Below are positions 52,182 to 64,000 of a stretch of DNA of 64,000 nucleotides, one piece after another (the stretch's first letter is position 1; each line of letters opens with the position of its first letter). The position numbers were made by a program, and so were the translations under genes. The notes beneath the pieces were generated by a model. The model was not told where the DNA came from, ran no database searches, and saw only the letters and a list, made by a program, of their open reading frames with translations. Origin of the DNA: Betaproteobacteria bacterium (GTDB lineage Bacteria > Pseudomonadota > Gammaproteobacteria > Burkholderiales > SG8-39); NCBI GenBank assembly GCA_039931715.1, contig JBDTRN010000001.1, forward strand, positions 6,761 to 70,760, written 5' to 3'.

Positions 52182-52640
52182 GTGTACGACATCTTCGTGT
52201 ACTTGTTCGAAAACTGCCGCCAGGCCGACCTGGCGCAAAACAACGACCTCATCGTGCGCAAGCTCTCGGCCGCCGGGTTCGACGACACCGACATCAGCGA
52301 AGCGCTTTCGTGGCTCGCGGGCGTGGTGCGCACCCCGCACCGCTGCGCGGCGCGATGTCCGGAGCCCGCGCGCGCGTTCCGCGTGTACGCACCCAAGGAA
52401 TGCGCCAAACTGGACGCCGCGAGCCGCGGGCTGATCATGCACCTCGAGGCCATCGGGGTGCTCGATCCGGGCCTGCGCGAGCTTGTCATCGACCGCGCAA
52501 TGGCGGCCGCAGGGCGCGCGCTTTCGATCCACCAAGTGCGTCTTATCGTATTGATGGTGCTGTGGAATCTAGAAACGCCCGCAAGCCGGCTCATGGCCGA
52601 AGAACTGCTCGCGCCAACGCAAGACCGCTTGGCGAACTGA
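52182..52640 (+). CDS. smg: Smg (DUF494) protein
   Basis: 152 aa, starts MYDIFVYLFEN. Conserved position after dprA. Confidence 0.88.
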   Translation: MYDIFVYLFENCRQADLAQNNDLIVRKLSAAGFDDTDISEALSWLAGVVRTPHRCAARCPEPARAFRVYAPKECAKLDAASRGLIMHLEAIGVLDPGLRELVIDRAMAAAGRALSIHQVRLIVLMVLWNLETPASRLMAEELLAPTQDRLAN

Positions 52641-52736
52641 GCTCGCGCGAATAGCGTAGTGTGACCAGCTCGGTTGTCACCGGGCGCTGGTTGCGCTTAT
52701 CATCGGCCCCCTTCCAAAGGCAGGCATCCCTTTTCC

Positions 52737-58922
<6,186 letters not shown>

Positions 58923-59173
58923 CTTATTTATCCTTGGTAATAATTAATAGAGGGCATAACTTCTGGGGATAACCCGAAATACCCTCCTGACGCAGCGGCT
59001 TGCGCGCCGAAAAGCGGCGATTCGGCCCTGTGCATGGCCTGTGCACAGTCCGGGATAACTTTTCCGGTGGCCGCCGGAACGCGAGTTACCCACAATCTGT
59101 ACCTAATCCCTGCACAGCTTTGCGGCCGGTTTCCGGCCGGTCCAATGTGCGTATGCGGACGCTTTGCCATCGT
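58923..59173. other. dnaA-dnaN intergenic region with an AT-rich patch and DnaA-box-like 9-mers (candidate oriC component)
   Basis: 58923-58952 has 7 G/C in 30 nt, in a high-GC genome. TTATCCCCA lies on the minus strand at 58964-58972 and TTACCCACA on the plus strand at 59086-59094; each is one mismatch from TTATCCACA. Confidence 0.35.
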
Positions 59174-60520
59174 CTATCCCTTGAGGACCTGTTCGAGGAC
59201 GAGGTAGTCGCGATTCATCACAGCGTCTTGCTTGCGCAGGCTGGCGATCGTGCGGCAGGCGTGCAGCACGGTGGTGTGGTCGCGGTTGCCGAACGCTTCG
59301 CCGATCTCGGGCAGGCTCATCTGGGTGAGGTCCTTGGCAAGCGCCATGGCAACCTGGCGCGGCCGCGCCACGTTGCGGGTGCGCTTCTTGGAATGCATGT
59401 CCGAGATCTTGAGCTTGAAGAACTCCGCCACTGTCTTCTGGATGTTCTCCACCGTGATCTGCCGATTGGCCACGTTGAGGATGTCGGCCAGTGCGTCCTT
59501 GGCGAGGTCAAGCGTAAGCTCGCGCGCATTGAAGCGGGAGTAAGCGAGTACTTTTTTCAGAGCCCCTTCGAGCTCGCGCACGTTGGAGCGAATGTGCTTG
59601 GCGATGAAGAAGGCGATGTCTTCGGAGAGCACCACGGATTCCGCCTCGGCCTTCTTGAGGATGATGGCCACCCGCATCTCGAGCTCGGGCGGCTCGATCG
59701 CTACGGTCAGGCCCCAGCCAAAGCGCGAGATGAGCCGCTCCTCCATGCCCGAAATTTCCTTCGGGTAGGTGTCGCAGGTGATCACGATCTGCTTGTGTGC
59801 TTCCACCAGTGCGTTGAAGGCATAAAAGAACTCCTCCTGCGTGCGGCCCTTGTTGGAGAAGAACTGGATGTCGTCGATGAGCAGCAGGTCGAGCGAATGG
59901 TAGTAGCGCTTGAACTCGTCGAACGATTTCTGCTGGTAGGCCCGCACCACGTCGGTCACGTACTGTTCGGCATGGATGTAGCGGATCTTGGCGTCCGGGC
60001 GCTGCGCGGCGACGAAGTTGCCGATGGCCTGCACCAAGTGCGTCTTGCCCAGGCCCACACCGCCATAAATGAACAGCGGGTTGTAGGAAATGCCGGGGTT
60101 CTCGGACACCTGGATGGCCGCCGCGCGCCCAAGCTGGTTCGCCTTGCCGGTCACGAAGCTCTCGAACGTGAAGCCTGGGTTAAGCCGGGCGCGCTCCAAG
60201 GTCTGCGGGACCCTGGGCGGGGCAGGCGCGGCGACCGGCACCGGGATGGGCGTAGCACGCACTGCGCCATCGGCACCGCGCGCAAGCACCAGACGCAACG
60301 ACACGCTGCCCGGTGCCTCCTCGGAAAACAGCTTCTCAATGCGGCCGGAGAATCGCTCCCGCACCAGTTCCAGCACGAACCGATTGGGCGCGGCCAGCGT
60401 CACGCTGCCGGGATCCGAGGCCGTGCCGTCGACGGCCAGCGGCCGGATCCAGGTATTGAATTGTTGGGCCGGCAGCTCGCGTTCGAGGCGGCGCAAACAG
60501 GCGTCCCAGAGGGTTTGCAT
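59174..60520 (-). CDS. dnaA: chromosomal replication initiator protein DnaA
   Basis: AAA+ ([18 protein letters not shown]) and domain IV (DHTTVLHA). ATG 60520 is preferred over the TTG at 60523. Confidence 0.98.
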   Translation of the reverse strand: MQTLWDACLRRLERELPAQQFNTWIRPLAVDGTASDPGSVTLAAPNRFVLELVRERFSGRIEKLFSEEAPGSVSLRLVLARGADGAVRATPIPVPVAAPAPPRVPQTLERARLNPGFTFESFVTGKANQLGRAAAIQVSENPGISYNPLFIYGGVGLGKTHLVQAIGNFVAAQRPDAKIRYIHAEQYVTDVVRAYQQKSFDEFKRYYHSLDLLLIDDIQFFSNKGRTQEEFFYAFNALVEAHKQIVITCDTYPKEISGMEERLISRFGWGLTVAIEPPELEMRVAIILKKAEAESVVLSEDIAFFIAKHIRSNVRELEGALKKVLAYSRFNARELTLDLAKDALADILNVANRQITVENIQKTVAEFFKLKISDMHSKKRTRNVARPRQVAMALAKDLTQMSLPEIGEAFGNRDHTTVLHACRTIASLRKQDAVMNRDYLVLEQVLKG

Positions 60521-60620
60521 CAATGTTTTTCGGGGTGTCTCGCGGCGTGTCCGGGGAACGCTTTTGCCCCCTTGGAACGGCTGCTTTCAGTAGGCCCGAT
60601 TCTACTCTTTCCGGGGCGAG

Positions 60621-60629
60621 TTATCCACA
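60621..60629 (+). promoter_or_regulatory. perfect DnaA box (TTATCCACA) in the dnaA/rpmH divergent promoter region
   Basis: Exact 9/9 match to the consensus, read directly, about 100 nt upstream of the dnaA start. Confidence 0.75.
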
Positions 60630-60654
60630 GGCCCGGCACAAAAATCCCGGAAAG

Positions 60655-60683
60655 TTGACAAGGGGTTAGCTACAGCGTGTAAT
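60655..60683 (+). promoter_or_regulatory. sigma-70 promoter for rpmH-rnpA
   Basis: TTGACA (60655-60), 17-nt spacer, TGTAAT (60678-83), about 27 nt upstream of the rpmH ATG. Confidence 0.65.
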
Positions 60684-60710
60684 ACGCGCCTTTTTGCGCC
60701 CGAGGCAGTC

Positions 60711-60845
60711 ATGAAGCGAACCTACCAACCCTCCAAAACACGTCGCGCGCGGACCCACGGATTCCGCGCGCGCATGAAGACCCCGGGTGGCCGTGCCGTA
60801 ATCAATGCCCGCCGCGCGCGGGGCCGTGCGCGCCTGGCCGTCTGA
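60711..60845 (+). CDS. rpmH: 50S ribosomal protein L34
   Basis: Not in the ORF track (44 aa). Manual translation gives [44 protein letters not shown]. Confidence 0.97.
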   Translation: MKRTYQPSKTRRARTHGFRARMKTPGGRAVINARRARGRARLAV

Positions 60846-60868
60846 CACCGGAGACCGCTGCTCCACGC

Positions 60869-61225
60869 GTGGGCGAAGCCGGCGCAACGCGCACGGCAGG
60901 GTTCGGCAGGGACAAGCGCATCCGTACCAGCGCGGAGTTTGTCGCGCTCATGCGCGGCGGCACGCGGCGGACCCTCAACGGTTTCACGTTCTTTTATTCC
61001 ATGCGGCCTGCGGGCCCGGCAAAGCTGGGAATCCTGATTTCGCGCAAGCACGCGCCCCTGGCGACCGACCGCAACCGCATCAAGCGCTGCATCCGCGAGG
61101 CCTTCCGGCAGGTGCAGGCGGGCCTGGGCCCGATGGACCTGCTGGTGCGCCCGCCCTTCGGGCTCAAGGCGTCGGCGGGGACGGTTGAGCGATTGCGAAC
61201 CTCGATTGGAAAGCTGTCCAAGTGA
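60869..61225 (+). CDS. rnpA: ribonuclease P protein component
   Basis: Basic protein of 118 aa with the RNR motif ([11 protein letters not shown]) directly after rpmH. The GTG start is uncertain. Confidence 0.88.
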   Translation: MGEAGATRTAGFGRDKRIRTSAEFVALMRGGTRRTLNGFTFFYSMRPAGPAKLGILISRKHAPLATDRNRIKRCIREAFRQVQAGLGPMDLLVRPPFGLKASAGTVERLRTSIGKLSK

Positions 61226-61235
61226 AATTTCCCAC

Positions 61236-61460
61236 GTGAAAACCGCACTGCGCGCCCTGATCGCCGGGTACCGCTATTGCATCAGCCCCATGCTCGGCCC
61301 GCGTTGTCGCTTCTATCCGAGTTGCTCGGAGTACGCCGACGAAGCCATCGCGTGTCATGGCGCCCTCAAAGGCTCGCTGCTGGCCGCCCGCCGCATCGCG
61401 TGCTGCCATCCGTGGCATGCCGGCGGGTATGACCCAGTGCCCGGACCCAAACAATCATGA
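61236..61460 (+). CDS. yidD: membrane protein insertion efficiency factor YidD
   Basis: [22 protein letters not shown] and [12 protein letters not shown] motifs. GTG start at 61236. The stop overlaps the yidC start (ATGA). Confidence 0.9.
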   Translation: MKTALRALIAGYRYCISPMLGPRCRFYPSCSEYADEAIACHGALKGSLLAARRIACCHPWHAGGYDPVPGPKQS

Positions 61461-63142
61461 AATCCATGGACACCCAGCGACTCATCCTGTTCTTCGTATT
61501 CAGCTTTTCGCTGCTCATGCTATGGACGGAGTGGGAAAAGGAACAGCGGCCCAAGCCCGCCCCGACCGTGGCAGCCGTGCAAAAAGGCGAGCCCAAGGGG
61601 ATTCCCGGCGCGGTGCCGACGCCCGCTGCGGCGACGCCCGCGGTGCCGGCGCCAACGGCTGGGGCCACGGCGGTCGCGCCGCCGACTGCGGCCAAGGGGG
61701 ACATCGTGCAGGTGCGCACCGACCTGTTGGTGGCCGACATCGATACGCTGGGCGGCGGGATTGCGCGCTTGGAGTTGCTCAAGCACAAGGAAACCAACGA
61801 CCAGACCAAGAATCTCGTCCTGCTCGGTCCGGAGCACCACTATTTCGCCCAGAGTGGTCTTACGGGGGAGGCCGGCCCCAACCACCGCACGGTCTGGAGA
61901 GTGCTGCCGGGCGAGCGCAGCCTCGCCGACGGCAACAATGCGGTCGAGCTCAGGCTGGCCGCCGAGGGGCGTGACGGGGTCACGGTAGAGAAGATCTACA
62001 CCTTCAAGCGCGACAGCTACATCATCGATGTGGCGCTCGAGATTCGCAATTCGGGCACTGCGCCGGTCGCGCCTCACGCGTATTTCCAGCTTACCCACGA
62101 CGGCAAGCAGGCGGCGGGGGGGAGTTCGCTTGCGCAGTCGTTCGGCGCGCAGAGCTTCAATGGTTTTGCCGAGTACACCACCGAGCGCAAGTTCGAGAAG
62201 GTCCAGTACTCCGACATCGACAAGGGCAAGGTCGACAACGCCAAGCAGGCGGCCGATGGCTGGATCGCATTCGTGCAGCATTACTTCGTGGCAGCCTGGG
62301 TGCCGGTAACGCCCGGCCAGCGCGATTACGTGATCGAAAAACGGCCTGACGGCGTGTATACCGGGCGGGTAGTCCTGACCGTGCCCCCGATCGCCCCGGG
62401 CGCCACCGCCAAGGTCGTGGCGCCGCTGTACGCCGGTCCCCAGGAGCAGAATCGGCTGCAGGAAGTCGCGCCCGGTTTCGACCTTGTGGTCGATTACGGC
62501 TGGCTCACGATCATCGCCTGGCCGCTGTTCTGGCTGCTGGCGAAATACCACAGCCTTGTTGGCAATTGGGGCGTCGCCATCATCCTGCTGACGGTCACCA
62601 TCAAGATCGTATTCTTCCCGCTGTCGGCGGCGAGCTACCGGTCGATGGCGAAGATGAAGCTGGTCACGCCCCGGCTGACCAAGATCCGCGAGATGTACGC
62701 CAACGACCGCGCGCGCCAGAACCAGGCCATGATGGAGTTGTACAAGACGGAGAAGATCAACCCGCTGGGCGGATGTTTCCCGATCCTCGTGCAGATCCCG
62801 GTATTCATCGCGCTGTACTGGGTGCTCCTTGCCGCCATCGAACTGCGCCACGCGCCCTTCATGTTGTGGATCCACGACCTCTCGGCGCTCGATCCCTACT
62901 ATGTGCTGCCGATCCTGATGACCGTCACCATGGTGATCCAGACCAAGCTCAACCCGGTGCCACCGGACCCGGTGCAGGCCAAGGTCATGATGTTCATGCC
63001 GTTCGTGTTCAGCATCTTCTTTTTCTTCTTCCCCGCCGGGCTGGTGCTCTACTGGCTGGTCAACAACATCCTTTCGATAGCACAGCAATGGCAGATCCAG
63101 CGCATGTTCGAGCGCGCCAAACCTGCCCATGGAAAGCGCTGA
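61457..63142 (+). CDS. yidC: membrane protein insertase YidC
   Basis: 561 aa. N-terminal TM, periplasmic P1 domain and a conserved C-terminal 5-TM core ([16 protein letters not shown]). Confidence 0.96.
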   Translation: MKSMDTQRLILFFVFSFSLLMLWTEWEKEQRPKPAPTVAAVQKGEPKGIPGAVPTPAAATPAVPAPTAGATAVAPPTAAKGDIVQVRTDLLVADIDTLGGGIARLELLKHKETNDQTKNLVLLGPEHHYFAQSGLTGEAGPNHRTVWRVLPGERSLADGNNAVELRLAAEGRDGVTVEKIYTFKRDSYIIDVALEIRNSGTAPVAPHAYFQLTHDGKQAAGGSSLAQSFGAQSFNGFAEYTTERKFEKVQYSDIDKGKVDNAKQAADGWIAFVQHYFVAAWVPVTPGQRDYVIEKRPDGVYTGRVVLTVPPIAPGATAKVVAPLYAGPQEQNRLQEVAPGFDLVVDYGWLTIIAWPLFWLLAKYHSLVGNWGVAIILLTVTIKIVFFPLSAASYRSMAKMKLVTPRLTKIREMYANDRARQNQAMMELYKTEKINPLGGCFPILVQIPVFIALYWVLLAAIELRHAPFMLWIHDLSALDPYYVLPILMTVTMVIQTKLNPVPPDPVQAKVMMFMPFVFSIFFFFFPAGLVLYWLVNNILSIAQQWQIQRMFERAKPAHGKR

Positions 63143-64000
63143 CCCGCCACCGGACACCATCGCCGCGATTGCCACGCCCCCGGGACGTGGAGGCATAGGG
63201 GTCGTCAGGGTCTCGGGCCCGCAAGTGCCAGCCATTGCGCAGGCTTTGCTGGGAAGGCTGCCCGCGGCTCGCCAAGCGACGTTCGGCGCAGTCCGGAACT
63301 CCACCGGCGAGCGCATCGACGAAGCGCTCGCCCTGTACTTTCCCGCGCCCGCCTCCTATACGGCGGAGGATGTGCTCGAGATCCAGGGCCACGGAAGCCC
63401 GATGGCGCTGGGGGCCGTGCTGTCGGCGTGCCTGGCGGCCGGCGCTCGTCTGGCCCAGCCGGGCGAGTTCACGCGGCGCGCTTTCCTCAACGGCAAGCTC
63501 GATCTCGCGCAGGCAGAGGCGGTCGCCGACCTGATCGAGGCCGCAACAGCCCAGGCCGCCCGCGGGGCGATGCGATCGCTGGCCGGAGAGTTCTCCGAAG
63601 CCATCGGTTCGCTCGTCGCAGCATTGATCGAGTTGCGCGCCTTGACCGAAGCCGCGCTCGATTTTCCCGAGGAGGAGATCGACCCGCTCCATCGCAACGA
63701 CGTGGCGCAACGCGTCACATCGCTGCAGGCATCGCTGCACCGGGTATTCACGAGCAGCCGGCAGGGGAGCTTGCTGCGCGCAGGCATTAACATAGTATTG
63801 GCCGGTCGCCCAAACGTGGGCAAGTCGAGCCTGCTGAACCGCCTCGCAGGGGAAGAACGCGCTATCGTGACCCCGATCGCCGGCACCACGCGCGACACGG
63901 TGCGCGAGACGATTGCCATCGATGGTGTGCCGCTGAACCTCATCGACACCGCGGGCCTGCGCCCGGCGAGCGACGAGGTCGAGCGTCTTGGCATTGAGCG
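63128..64000 (+). CDS. mnmE: tRNA uridine-5-carboxymethylaminomethyl modification GTPase MnmE, N-terminal part (3' end outside window)
   Basis: Not in the ORF track because it is open to the window end. Manual translation gives [30 protein letters not shown]...[12 protein letters not shown]...DTAG. Overlaps the yidC end by 15 nt. Confidence 0.93.

Noticed and set aside
59000-60658. 552-aa plus-strand ORF over dnaA, and similar long shadows over yidC (61520-63316, minus strand), gyrB (55640-57100, plus strand), amtB (22743-24395, minus strand) and pcaB (32916-33821, plus strand)
   Set aside because: All are antisense or out-of-frame shadows of strongly supported housekeeping genes and have no motifs of their own.
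61221-61245. parS-like CACGTG-centred sequence (ATTTCCCACGTGAAAACC) near the origin
   Set aside because: It has about 4-5 mismatches to the 16-bp parS consensus TGTTTCACGTGAAACA, poor left-half symmetry, and lies at the rnpA/yidD coding junction.

Overview
This 64 kb window is high-GC chromosomal DNA (roughly two-thirds G+C by eye). Gene content and order look betaproteobacterial (Rhodocyclales/Burkholderiales-like). It is dominated by conserved housekeeping genes and includes the replication-initiation locus: gyrB-dnaN-dnaA on the minus strand, diverging from rpmH-rnpA-yidD-yidC-mnmE on the plus strand. I call about 60 CDS. Many starts are re-placed inside the supplied ORFs because high GC inflates ORF lengths. 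rpmH (44 aa) and the 3'-truncated mnmE are missing from the ORF track and were read directly from the sequence.

Main blocks, in order:
- thiE'-hemL
- mgtE, mtgA-aroE-TonB-like-RNase II
- mpl with a YqiA-like esterase
- aroQ-accBC-prmA
- apaH, comM, ubiK
- a sigma-54/NtrC-type promoter driving a TorF-porin-glnK-amtB operon
- an aromatic-acid locus: a HAAT ABC importer, an aryl-CoA ligase-FAH-GST-zeta operon, and a convergent MFS-thioesterase-pcaHGB operon
- metH with a structured leader
- ntrYX with DUF4390 and rsmB-fmt-def
- dprA-smg-topoisomerase III

I saw no tRNA or rRNA genes, CRISPR arrays, transposases, integrases or phage genes.

I did not find convincing evidence for a wholly new multi-gene system. 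The items most worth follow-up are:
1. The metH leader, which has a promoter, an intrinsic terminator and a perfect 12-nt antiterminator complement, and may be a riboswitch or attenuator of unassigned class.
2. The mosaic aromatic locus, which pairs a CoA ligase and a hotdog thioesterase with oxygenolytic ring-cleavage modules.
3. A minimal COG0523-like P-loop protein coupled to an NtrX whose AAA+ motifs are degenerate.

All functional calls rest on motif and family recognition by eye. No database search was run.
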